A stretch of 64,000 nt of DNA from contig CANQJH010000002.1 in NCBI GenBank assembly GCA_947624195.1, forward strand, positions 20,918 to 84,917. Reading direction: 5' to 3'. A program made the translations under genes and the position numbers. Positions 1 to 8,824 of this stretch are shown here, in pieces. Numbering within the stretch: position 1 is the first letter of the stretch; the number at the start of each line of letters is the position of its first letter. The notes under the pieces were generated by a model, which did no database searches, had not been told where the DNA came from, and saw only the letters and a program-made list of their open reading frames with translations. The DNA is from an uncultured Clostridia bacterium. GTDB taxonomy: Bacteria > Bacillota > Clostridia > TANB77 > CAG-508.

Positions 1-1
1 A

Positions 2-202
2 GATATTGAAAGTTGGTTTTTAAAGCTAGCTACTCCAGCTGCTGCAGTTGCCGTTGGTGTTGGTGTTTTTATGAAAAAATTTAGTTTTGGTGATGAAGAA
101 AAGATTAGAACTTCAAAAAAGATTATAAGAGGCTCATTATTTTCATATGGCTTTTTACTTGCCTTGGATTTAATCTTGCAAGCAATTAAGTCTTTGATAT
201 AG
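2..202 (+). CDS. small two-helix membrane protein, possible VirB2/TrbC/Maff2-like T4SS subunit (5' end outside window)
   Basis: Frame-2 ORF is open from the window edge to TAG 200-202. It has no start in the window, so it is absent from the ORF track. Translation: DIESWFLKLATPAAAVAVGVGVFMKKFSFGDEEKIRTSKKIIRGSLFSYGFLLALDLILQAIKSLI, two hydrophobic helices around a basic loop. Lies directly upstream of the VirB6-like and PrgI-like genes. Confidence 0.3.
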   Translation, partial: DIESWFLKLATPAAAVAVGVGVFMKKFSFGDEEKIRTSKKIIRGSLFSYGFLLALDLILQAIKSLI

Positions 203-212
203 AGGTGAAATA

Positions 213-1076
213 TTGGATACATCAGAGATTGTTAAGGTAATAATAGAAACTATTAATACTATATTTTCTAATTTATTTTCATCAATAGATAATAGTATTT
301 ATACTAATTTAGATAATATTGCTTTTATAGATAAAGACATTATATCAGGTTCATTTTTTGAAAATATATTAGGTGCTAATGGAAAAAATGGATTAATCTA
401 TTTAACTGATGCCATGCTTCTTGGCATTTCTATTTACTATTGTGTGCGTCTTTTTTATTCTCATTACTCAGAGACTAATGTAGAAAAGCCATTTCAGTTT
501 TTATTTAAACTGTTGATTTTTGCTATTATTATAAACTTTTCATATTTTATTATGGAACAGATATTAAATATCAATTTTCTAATATCTAGTTCTATTCAAG
601 AAATTGGCAAAAATGTGCTTGGTAAAGAGATTTCTTTTTCTAAGTTAATTTCGGTTTTGAATTCAAGCTTGTCGGAACAAGATTTAACTTTTAATTTATT
701 TTCTCTAGATGGTTTAATTAAGAGTTTTATGAGCGTTGGTATGATAAATTTACTTTTCTCTTATTCTCTGCGATATGTTTTAACTCAAGTGCTAATTCTA
801 TTTGCACCTTTTGCTTTATTGAGTTTAATTAATCTTTCAACATCTTGGATATTTCGTGCTTGGTCAAAGTGTTTGTTTTCCATACTTATATTACAGGCTT
901 TCTTCCCTTTAATAATTATGGTTATATTTTCTATTGATGCTTCAAATAAAATTTTATATGTTGTTGGAATCTTTTTATTGACTAAGATTAATAGCTACGT
1001 GAGAGAAATGTTTGGAGGCCTTAGTGTAGAATTTTCAAATAACTTTGGTTCTATGGTTTCTATGTTTAAGAGATAG
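213..1076 (+). CDS. polytopic membrane protein, TrbL/VirB6-like T4SS channel subunit
   Basis: TTG start 6 nt after AGAGGTG. 287 aa with several hydrophobic helices. LRYVLTQVLILFAPFALLSLINLSTSWIFRAWSKCLFSILILQ resembles by eye the conserved TrbL/VirB6 core. Gene order is small pilin-like, this gene, then PrgI-like. Confidence 0.5.
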   Translation: MDTSEIVKVIIETINTIFSNLFSSIDNSIYTNLDNIAFIDKDIISGSFFENILGANGKNGLIYLTDAMLLGISIYYCVRLFYSHYSETNVEKPFQFLFKLLIFAIIINFSYFIMEQILNINFLISSSIQEIGKNVLGKEISFSKLISVLNSSLSEQDLTFNLFSLDGLIKSFMSVGMINLLFSYSLRYVLTQVLILFAPFALLSLINLSTSWIFRAWSKCLFSILILQAFFPLIIMVIFSIDASNKILYVVGIFLLTKINSYVREMFGGLSVEFSNNFGSMVSMFKR

Positions 1077-1144
1077 TTTCATTTAATTTTTATATATTTG
1101 TATACTTTTTGTAAGTTTTTTATCCAATTTTAGAAAGGAGTTTT

Positions 1145-1423
1145 ATGAAGTTTATATTTCCTACTAATTATAACTTTAAAAATAAGATACTTGGAGTTTT
1201 AGATTATCCTACAGCTATATTCAATGTTGTTTACTTTTTAATAATATTTTCACTTTTTAACTCAATATTTAACTCAATAAATTTAAAAATCATTTTCGTG
1301 GTAGTCTTTTATTTTCCTATTTTACTTTTTAGTATTGTCGGTTTTAACCACGAGAATATTTTATATTCACTTTATTACATTATAAAGTATTTTATCAAGC
1401 CAAAGGTTTATCTATACAAATAG
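1145..1423 (+). CDS. PrgI/VirB3-like small membrane protein
   Basis: 92 aa with two TM helices. N-terminus FPTNYNFKNKILGVLDYPTAIF parallels the PrgI-family IPKD..K.KI..GL.....F pattern (from memory). RBS AAAGGAG lies upstream. Confidence 0.45.
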   Translation: MKFIFPTNYNFKNKILGVLDYPTAIFNVVYFLIIFSLFNSIFNSINLKIIFVVVFYFPILLFSIVGFNHENILYSLYYIIKYFIKPKVYLYK

Positions 1424-1501
1424 TTACAATAAACTAAGTGAAAATTTAGTTGTAATTTGCAGTTTGGATTTGTTATTTTTACTAACAAACAGTTGTAAAA
1501 G

Positions 1502-1531
1502 TTGACTTTTAATGATATAATTCGCTATAAT
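1502..1531 (+). promoter_or_regulatory. sigma-A type promoter for the dnaD/dnaI-type genes
   Basis: TTGACT (1502-1507), 18-nt spacer, TATAAT (1526-1531), about 40 nt upstream of the ATG at 1569. Confidence 0.4.
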
Positions 1532-1568
1532 AAATACACTTTATATTTTGGTGAAAGGATGAAAAAAA

Positions 1569-2525
1569 ATGAAACTAGAACAAAATGATATTTCTTTAAT
1601 ATTCTCTCAAACTAATATTCCTGATGTGTTTTTTACCGAATATTTGTCTCAGGCTAATGGAGACTTTGTTAAAGTTTACTTATATTTGTTCTTCTTATCA
1701 AAATATAATAAAGATGTAAAAATCAATGATTTATCTAAAAAGCTAGAACTTCCTTTAAAAACAATTCAGGATGCTATTAAATATTGGGAAGATGCTGGTC
1801 TTTTAATTAGAAAAAATCAAGGATTTGTTGTAGTAAATTTACAAGAATTAGAATTAAATAAAGTATATAAACCTAAAATATCTATGTCTGCTGATGATAT
1901 TAAGAAAATATCTGAAAGCAAAAGTCGTGCTACAGCTATTGATACTATCAACAATGAATTTTTCCAAGGTGTGATGTCTCCTTCTTGGTATGGTGATATT
2001 GACCTTTGGTTTAAAAAATATGGTTTTGAAGAAGAGGTAATGATAGCTTTGTTTAGATATTGCTTTAATAAATCTGCATTACATAGATCTTATATAGCTA
2101 CAGTCGCTGAAGCTTGGAATAAAAATAAAATTAAAACTTTTAGTGATTTAGATGCTTATTATGAAAAGCAAGAAAAGGTTAAAACAATTTCTAATGCTAT
2201 TAGAAAGAAGTTAAGACTTTCTCGCAACTTATCGGAATACGAGGAGGCATATGTTTCTAAATGGAATATTACCTATGGTTATGATATGGATATAATTGAA
2301 ATAGCTTTAAAGAAAACTACTTCAAAGTTTAATCCAAGTTTTGAATATATGGATAAATTGATAACTGACTGGCATGATAGAAACTTAAAAACTGTTGATA
2401 AAATTATGGTATATATGGAAAATCAAAAAAATAAACCTGTCCAAAAAACAGACTCTAATAAGAAAAATGCTTCATTTACTCAAAGAAATTATACTGATTT
2501 AAATAATTTCTATAGTAATGTATAA
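1569..2525 (+). CDS. DnaD-domain replication initiation / helicase-loading cofactor (B. subtilis DnaB/DnaD family)
   Basis: 318 aa. Two DnaD/DnaB_2-like repeats: WYGDIDLWFKKYGFEEEVMIALFRYCF... and WNITYGYDMDIIEIALKKT...MDKLITDWHDRNLKT. Followed by a dnaI-type gene, as in B. subtilis dnaB-dnaI. Confidence 0.7.
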   Translation: MKLEQNDISLIFSQTNIPDVFFTEYLSQANGDFVKVYLYLFFLSKYNKDVKINDLSKKLELPLKTIQDAIKYWEDAGLLIRKNQGFVVVNLQELELNKVYKPKISMSADDIKKISESKSRATAIDTINNEFFQGVMSPSWYGDIDLWFKKYGFEEEVMIALFRYCFNKSALHRSYIATVAEAWNKNKIKTFSDLDAYYEKQEKVKTISNAIRKKLRLSRNLSEYEEAYVSKWNITYGYDMDIIEIALKKTTSKFNPSFEYMDKLITDWHDRNLKTVDKIMVYMENQKNKPVQKTDSNKKNASFTQRNYTDLNNFYSNV

Positions 2526-2570
2526 TATTTTAACATTAAATAAAGAACAAATTACAAAGGTGGTGATTGA

Positions 2571-3578
2571 TTGAATACAGATAATTTAAAATCTCTTTTA
2601 GTTAAGTATGACCAAAAGAGGAATTTAGCCTTATCAGAAGCTAATCAAAAAAAATACGAATTATATGATAAAATTAAAGGTTTAGAGCAAATAGATAATG
2701 AGATAAACACTTTATCAATTCAGTCAATAAAATCTATATTAACAACTACTGATAATAAAAAATCTATTGATAGATTAAATAAACAAATCGCTGAATTGAG
2801 AAAAAAACGACTACAATTGTTGAAGGATAATAACATAACCGAAAAATATCTAGAACCAGACTTTGACTGTAAAAAATGCAAAGATACTGGATACATAAAA
2901 ACTCCTAATGGTAATGTTTTGTGTAATTGTATTAAGCAAGAATTATACAATATGGAATATAATAATGCTAATATATATGACTTAAAAAATCAAACTTTCA
3001 AGAATTTCAAGCTTACTTGTTATTCTGATACAATTGATGAAGAGAAATATGGGAAAAAGATTTCTCCAAGAGATAATATAATTGCTATAAAAAATATGTG
3101 TGAAAATTTTATAAATAATTTCGATGACCCAACTGAAAGTAATTTACTTTTTTGTGGAAGTCCTGGTCTTGGAAAAACATTTCTTTCATCGTGTATTGCA
3201 AATGAAATGATTTTAAGAGGAAAAACTGTTTTATATCAAACAGCACCAATTATGTTGGATAATATCATAGATTATAAATTTGGTAAAACAGATAACAATA
3301 TAAGTAAAGTAATTAATTCTGTTGATTTACTTATTATTGACGATCTTGGAACTGAAACTAAAAATAATTTAAAAACAACTGAATTATTTAATATAATAAA
3401 TTCGAGATTACTTAATCAAGAGAATAAAATAACAAAAACAATTATTTCTACCAACTTGTCTCTTCAAGATTTATATGATATATATGAAGAACGTATAGTT
3501 TCAAGAATAATTGGAAATTACAATGCTTGCTATTTCTTTGGCGAAGATATTAGAATAAAAAAGAAAATTAAAGTTTAA
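2571..3578 (+). CDS. dnaI: primosomal helicase loader DnaI (DnaC-like AAA+ ATPase)
   Basis: TTG start after AAAGGTGGTGA. 335 aa. Four-Cys zinc module CKKCKDTGYI...CNC, Walker A GSPGLGKTFL, Walker B LLIIDDLG. Confidence 0.75.
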   Translation: MNTDNLKSLLVKYDQKRNLALSEANQKKYELYDKIKGLEQIDNEINTLSIQSIKSILTTTDNKKSIDRLNKQIAELRKKRLQLLKDNNITEKYLEPDFDCKKCKDTGYIKTPNGNVLCNCIKQELYNMEYNNANIYDLKNQTFKNFKLTCYSDTIDEEKYGKKISPRDNIIAIKNMCENFINNFDDPTESNLLFCGSPGLGKTFLSSCIANEMILRGKTVLYQTAPIMLDNIIDYKFGKTDNNISKVINSVDLLIIDDLGTETKNNLKTTELFNIINSRLLNQENKITKTIISTNLSLQDLYDIYEERIVSRIIGNYNACYFFGEDIRIKKKIKV

Positions 3579-3630
3579 AAAAATGTGAAACATTTTTTAT
3601 AATTTTTATAAAATTTGTTTCACATTTTTA
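3577..3630. repeat. 54-bp perfect direct repeat, copy 1 (contains a 12-bp-stem hairpin)
   Basis: aaaaaaatgtgaaacattttttataatttttataaaatttgtttcacattttta is identical to 5262-5315. Internal inverted repeat aaatgtgaaaca / tgtttcacattt. Overlaps the dnaI stop codon. Confidence 0.95.
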
Positions 3631-3647
3631 ACAATCTTTAAAATTTG

Positions 3648-4163
3648 TTAGTTTTTTCTCCAATAATAATATAAAATTTTTTTATCGCAATCGTAAACTC
3701 CTATTTCATATCCCTTTTCTTCTCTTTCTTTATTTGCTTCATCATAGACCTTCTTATAACAATAGTATCCATTTTGAATGTCAAAAACTTCATTGTTGTA
3801 TTTAAAACAATTCAATATTTCATTATCTAATTTTTCTGTATTCCAAATTCGACTTTTATATAAATTTTCCTCTATCTTTTTCCCTTCTTCTTCATTAAAC
3901 GCATAAACATAATAATCTATTCCGTCATTTTGTGCCTCTTGTCCCTTTACACTATATATTTCCATATCTATATAATTTTTTATTTCTATTCCAAGAATTT
4001 TATCATAATTATTATGGTAATCTATTACATTATTTTTCAAGTAATATAATTTTGCATTTTTAACATCTATAATAGCATATATCAAACCTTTATGATAATA
4101 ATATAAATTTTCTCTATCTATCTCTGTTCTTTTTCCCTGTATTTTTTCATAGAATTCTAACAT
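3648..4163 (-). CDS. hypothetical Tyr/Asn/Lys-rich protein (second gene of the Fic cassette)
   Basis: 171-aa ORF with no motif recognised. Co-oriented about 95 nt downstream of the Fic gene, inside the repeat-bounded segment. Confidence 0.45.
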   Translation of the reverse strand: MLEFYEKIQGKRTEIDRENLYYYHKGLIYAIIDVKNAKLYYLKNNVIDYHNNYDKILGIEIKNYIDMEIYSVKGQEAQNDGIDYYVYAFNEEEGKKIEENLYKSRIWNTEKLDNEILNCFKYNNEVFDIQNGYYCYKKVYDEANKEREEKGYEIGVYDCDKKILYYYWRKN

Positions 4164-4257
4164 TATATATTCATAGAATTTCTTTTCACTCTAATATTTT
4201 TACTCAGCCACATAATCACTTAGATTAAATTATTTTCGAATTTTTATTACCTCTAAA

Positions 4258-5193
4258 CTATTCCATAGACATATAGCAGTTTTCTTTTATAAATTGTTTT
4301 ATATTGTTTTCATCTTTCCCCTCGTAGTATTGAATAAGTAAGTCTTTAAATTCCTGTGTTAATTCGGATGGAATTGCTATAATACCTTTTCCTTTGGAAA
4401 TTAAATAATGATTACTATAAATTACTGATGTCCTCTTATTTCCATCAATAAATATCTGTTTTTTCATTATATACAACAAAAGTTCTATTGCCTTGTCAAT
4501 ATCATTAATTTTTTTATTAAATATTTCTTCTAATTCTTCTTTTATCACACTTTCAATTGGTAATTCAGGCTTCCATATTGTTCCACCAATATTTACCGGT
4601 ACATTTCTTATTTTCCCTGCTGAATAATAAAATCCTTCTTCTATTATCCTATTTATTTCACATAATAAAGAAAAATTAGTGTTACTTATAATGACATTTT
4701 TATTTAGTATAAACTCCCATGCATGCTTTAAATTTATGATTTTCATTACGTCATCTGATGTCATGTTATTTACTCTTCCACCTTCTATTATGCTTTCTGT
4801 ATCTGCAAATGTAGTTGCAACCCCTTCCAAAATTGCTTGTTTATAAATTGTTTCTGCTAGATGTCTTTTAGCAAAATCTATATTTCGTTCTACTTTTTCA
4901 GGAAGTATTTTCTCTATGTAATTTAAATTTTTTAATTTTTTATCGATTTCTCTTATTTGCCTTTTTAATTCTTTTGCTTTAATACTATTATTTAGTATTA
5001 AATTATATAAATCCTCTGAATACTCTCCAACATATTTAGTTAAAGTAATTCCATTTTCTCTATAATGCACATAGATATATTGTTTGTCGTCATTGTCTCT
5101 TATCTCTACTGAACCATAAGTAATAGAATTCAATTCTTGTTCTAACAATTTTTTGCTTTGAAGAAGAGTTATAATCTCTATATTTTCTTCCAT
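4258..5193 (-). CDS. Fic/Doc-family protein with degenerate active-site motif
   Basis: 311 aa. C-terminal region KKQIFIDGNKRTSVIYSNHYL aligns to the Fic/Doc signature H-x-F-x-[DE]-G-N-[GK]-R, with Q at the His position (nt 4432-4458). RBS AAAAGGGGGGA. Confidence 0.7.
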   Translation of the reverse strand: MEENIEIITLLQSKKLLEQELNSITYGSVEIRDNDDKQYIYVHYRENGITLTKYVGEYSEDLYNLILNNSIKAKELKRQIREIDKKLKNLNYIEKILPEKVERNIDFAKRHLAETIYKQAILEGVATTFADTESIIEGGRVNNMTSDDVMKIINLKHAWEFILNKNVIISNTNFSLLCEINRIIEEGFYYSAGKIRNVPVNIGGTIWKPELPIESVIKEELEEIFNKKINDIDKAIELLLYIMKKQIFIDGNKRTSVIYSNHYLISKGKGIIAIPSELTQEFKDLLIQYYEGKDENNIKQFIKENCYMSME

Positions 5194-5261
5194 AAAATCC
5201 CCCCTTTTATATTAAAATTTATATATTAGTTCATATTATATTTTTATTATACCATAAAAAG

Positions 5262-5315
5262 AAAAAAATGTGAAACATTTTTTATAATTTTTATAAAATT
5301 TGTTTCACATTTTTA
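5262..5315. repeat. 54-bp perfect direct repeat, copy 2
   Basis: Identical to 3577-3630. Lies between the Fic promoter region and the gyrA stop. Confidence 0.95.
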
Positions 5316-5371
5316 TTTTTTATAATTAATTTTTATTATATAGCTTATAATACATTTTGTCTTTTAATATT

Positions 5372-7858
5372 TTATTGTTCTTCTCCCTCTATGTTTTCTT
5401 CTTCTTTTTCAGAAACTTTTTCTATACTTACAACTTTTCCTCCATCAGATGTTCTCATAAGAGTTACGCCTTGAGTATTTCTTCCAAGGACACTTATTTC
5501 TTTAGCTTTTATTCTAATTACGGTTCCTTTGTCTGTTATCATTAAAATGTCATCTTCTTCATCTGCAATTCTAATTCCAACAATGTCTCCTGTTTTTGGA
5601 GTAACTTTATATGTTATTACTCCCTTTCCTCCTCTTGTTTGAACTCTATATTCTTCAAGTTCTGTTCTCTTGCCGAAACCATTTTCTGTAATAGCTAATA
5701 AAGTTTCCTTGTTTGTTTCATTTATTGTTTCCATACCTATAACTACATCATCTTTATCAAGTCTCATACCAATTACGCCTTGTGCAGTTCTTCCAACAGG
5801 TCTAACATCTTTTTCACTAAATGTGATGCTCATACCTTTTTGTGTTACCATTACAACATTATTATTGCCATCAGATAATCTTACATCAATAAGTTCATCG
5901 TCTTCTTTAATATTAATAGAAATTAAGCCTGTTTTCTTTCCTGAATCATATTCTTTAAGAGGTGTTTTCTTGATTAATCCCTGTTTTGTAGCCATCAATA
6001 GATATTGATCATCAGTAAACTCTTTAATAGGGATAACAGCTGCAATTTTCTCTCCACCATTTAATGATAATAAGTTTACAATTGCAGTTCCCCTAGTTGT
6101 TCTTCCCGCTTCTGGCACTTCATATCCTTTAAGTTTGTACAATTTTCCTGTATTACTAAAGAATAATATTAAATCGTGCGTTGAAGCTGTAAAGATTTGT
6201 TTTACAAAGTCTTCTTCTCTAGTTGTCATACCAGTAATACCTTTTCCACCACGTCTTTGGCTCTTATATGTATCTAAAGGCATTCTCTTAATGTAACCAA
6301 AATGTGTTAATGCAATTACCGATTGCTCCTCTTGTATTAAATCTTCTTCATCAAACTCTTCTTCAGAAGCAACTATTTTAGTCTTTCTGTCATCTCCGTA
6401 TTTTTCCTTCATTTCAAGAGCTTCTTCTTTTACTATTTCATCTACTAACTTGTCGTTTTCAAGAATTTCTCTTAAGTGAGCAATTAATTTCATCAACTCA
6501 TTATATTCTTCTTCTATTTTTTCTCTTTGTAATCCTGATAATGTCTTTAATCTCATATCTAGAATTGCTTGTGCTTGTATATCATCTAGTCCAAACTTTG
6601 CCATTAATTGTTCTTTTGGATCATCATAAGAATTTCTAATAATTCTTATAACTTCATCAATATTATCAATAGCAATTCTCAATCCTTCTAATATATGAGC
6701 TCTAGCTAAAGCTTTTTCTAAGTCAAATTTTGTTCTACGTATAATTACTACTTTTCTATGTTCTATATAATTATCTAGACACTCTCTTAATGTTAGAATT
6801 TTTGGAACGCCATTTACTAGAGCTAACATTATAATTCCAAAAGAATCTTGCATTTGAGTAAATTTAAATAATTTATTTAAAATAACTCTAGCATTTACAT
6901 CTCTTTTAAGTTCGATAACTACTCTAACCTTTTCTTCCCTATCTGATTCATCTCTAACTTCTGAGATTCCTTCTATTTTCTTATCTCTAGCTAGTTGATT
7001 AATATCTACTATTAATTTAGCTTTGTTTACTTGATATGGTAAAGATGTAACTACTATCTTTTGTCTGTTACCAGACATTTCCTCTATTTCAGCTTCTGCT
7101 CTTAATGTAATTTTACCCTTACCTGTTAGATAAGCTTGTTTTATTCCTTCTCTTCCCAAAATAGTTGCACCTGTTGGGAAATCAGGTCCTTTAACTATTT
7201 TTAAAAGTTCATCGTCTGATATTTCTTCAGAGTTTTCTTTATAGTCAACCATTTTAATAATGGCATCAAGAATCTCAGTCAAATTGTGAGGTGGAATATT
7301 TGTAGCCATACCTACGGCTATACCTGATGAACCATTTACTAATAAAGCTGGAAGTTTTGCAGGTAAGACTGTTGGTTCTTGTCTTATACCATCAAAGTTA
7401 GGCATAAAGTCAACAGTATTTTTTTCAATATCTGTTAGCATTGTTTCTGCTATCTTAGCCATCCTCGCTTCAGTATAACGGTAAGCAGCAGCTCCATCAC
7501 CATCAATAGAACCGAAGTTTCCATGTCCATCGATTAATGGATATCTAAGTGAGAAATCTTGCGCTAACCTAACCATTGCATCATAAACTGATGAGTCACC
7601 GTGTGGATGATATCTACCTAAAACGTCTCCGACGGTTGTAGCAGATTTCCTATAAGGTTTCTCATGAGTTAAGCCATCCTCATACATAGTATATAAAATT
7701 CTTCTATGAACTGGCTTTAAACCATCTCTTACATCAGGAAGTGCACGTTGGACAATAACACTCATTGCATAGTCAATATAGGCTGTTTTCATTTCTTCAT
7801 TAATGTCTCTGTTAATTATTCTTCCTTCTTGTTTTTCTGTTCCTTCATTTTCGTCCAT
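5372..7858 (-). CDS. gyrA: DNA gyrase subunit A
   Basis: 828 aa. AMSVIVQRALPDVRDGLKPVHRRILY and the catalytic-Tyr region GAAAYRYTEARM. C-terminal repeated beta-pinwheel-like blades and an acidic tail. Confidence 0.97.
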   Translation of the reverse strand: MDENEGTEKQEGRIINRDINEEMKTAYIDYAMSVIVQRALPDVRDGLKPVHRRILYTMYEDGLTHEKPYRKSATTVGDVLGRYHPHGDSSVYDAMVRLAQDFSLRYPLIDGHGNFGSIDGDGAAAYRYTEARMAKIAETMLTDIEKNTVDFMPNFDGIRQEPTVLPAKLPALLVNGSSGIAVGMATNIPPHNLTEILDAIIKMVDYKENSEEISDDELLKIVKGPDFPTGATILGREGIKQAYLTGKGKITLRAEAEIEEMSGNRQKIVVTSLPYQVNKAKLIVDINQLARDKKIEGISEVRDESDREEKVRVVIELKRDVNARVILNKLFKFTQMQDSFGIIMLALVNGVPKILTLRECLDNYIEHRKVVIIRRTKFDLEKALARAHILEGLRIAIDNIDEVIRIIRNSYDDPKEQLMAKFGLDDIQAQAILDMRLKTLSGLQREKIEEEYNELMKLIAHLREILENDKLVDEIVKEEALEMKEKYGDDRKTKIVASEEEFDEEDLIQEEQSVIALTHFGYIKRMPLDTYKSQRRGGKGITGMTTREEDFVKQIFTASTHDLILFFSNTGKLYKLKGYEVPEAGRTTRGTAIVNLLSLNGGEKIAAVIPIKEFTDDQYLLMATKQGLIKKTPLKEYDSGKKTGLISINIKEDDELIDVRLSDGNNNVVMVTQKGMSITFSEKDVRPVGRTAQGVIGMRLDKDDVVIGMETINETNKETLLAITENGFGKRTELEEYRVQTRGGKGVITYKVTPKTGDIVGIRIADEEDDILMITDKGTVIRIKAKEISVLGRNTQGVTLMRTSDGGKVVSIEKVSEKEEENIEGEEQ

Positions 7859-7893
7859 ATGTATACCTCTTTCTTAGCTTTTTATACTCCTTC

Positions 7894-7922
7894 ATTATAC
7901 TAAAACGAAAATAAAAAAGCAA
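7894..7922 (-). promoter_or_regulatory. sigma-A type promoter for gyrA
   Basis: On the minus strand: TTGCTT (7917-7922), 17-nt spacer, TATAAT (7894-7899), about 35 nt upstream of the gyrA ATG. Confidence 0.4.
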
Positions 7923-8011
7923 GAAAAAAATGTTATTTTTTCTTTATTTTATTACTATTTAAGCTTGTATAAGTACTTTGCATAAAAATAGTTGTTTTTA
8001 CGCAAAGATTA

Positions 8012-8725
8012 TCAAGCAATTAATGAATTAGCTAACTCCACTTCTTCTTGCGTTAAATTAAAATCTCCACCTTTATTTTTTATTAGAGTGTGCAGATTTT
8101 CAAGTATTCTTGCTTCTTTAATTGTATTTTCCATTGGCATAATATTTTTCATTTCAGTTTTTACTTTTTTATATTCTCTTTCCATTCCTTCAAAATCTTT
8201 TTCTTTATAATACTCTTTCCAATTGGATGTGTATTTGCTTACCTTTTCTAATGACTTTATTTGGTTATCAAAATTACTTTCTATGTTGCTATTTATAGTG
8301 TCAAGTATAACGTTTTTCCCTTTTCTTATTAAACTTGCTACCGAGCTAGATATTTTGCCTGATTTTTGTGCTAAGCTGACTCCATTATCTAATAAATCCG
8401 ACACGCTATCAATTAATCCACCAGATTTTATTACAGTCCTTGCCTGTTCTATGTTGTCAAATTTACCAGTAAACATACCTAATGCACTTTTCCCTAAGTC
8501 AATTGCAGACGATATGGCTTTTTTTATTCCTGACTGGAAACCATTTTGTAGAATTTCATCTTTTATATTTATTACCTGGTCTTCAATTACATTGGGTAAA
8601 ATGGCTCTTAATCCCATATCTAAACCTATGTTTACAACTTTTCCTAAAGCTGTTTGTAAAAAGCTATTTTGGCTTTGTTCATTTACAATTTGATTTGATA
8701 TATTATTATCAATTGCTAGTTCCAT
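8012..8725 (-). CDS. hypothetical soluble helical protein (last gene of the gyrB-gyrA insert)
   Basis: 237 aa with no TM helix or signal peptide. Gly/Ser/Asn-rich amphipathic N-terminal half, Lys/Glu-rich C-terminal half. RBS AAGGAAGTGA. No family recognised. Confidence 0.45.
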   Translation of the reverse strand: MELAIDNNISNQIVNEQSQNSFLQTALGKVVNIGLDMGLRAILPNVIEDQVINIKDEILQNGFQSGIKKAISSAIDLGKSALGMFTGKFDNIEQARTVIKSGGLIDSVSDLLDNGVSLAQKSGKISSSVASLIRKGKNVILDTINSNIESNFDNQIKSLEKVSKYTSNWKEYYKEKDFEGMEREYKKVKTEMKNIMPMENTIKEARILENLHTLIKNKGGDFNLTQEEVELANSLIA

Positions 8726-8824
8726 TTAACTTCACTTCCTTTTTTATTTATATTTATATTTTTCTTTTTGAATTATTTTTTTTATATTTCCCTTTTGGCT
8801 TTTAGCTTATTTTATTCTTTTGTT

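Noticed and set aside
3577-3630. parS site: the 54-bp repeat contains TGTGAAACA and TGTTTCACA, which match parS half-sites (TGTTNCAC-GTGAAACA).
   Set aside because: The halves are in the outward order and 26 nt apart, so no 16-bp parS palindrome exists. I found no CACGTG-centred parS anywhere in the window.
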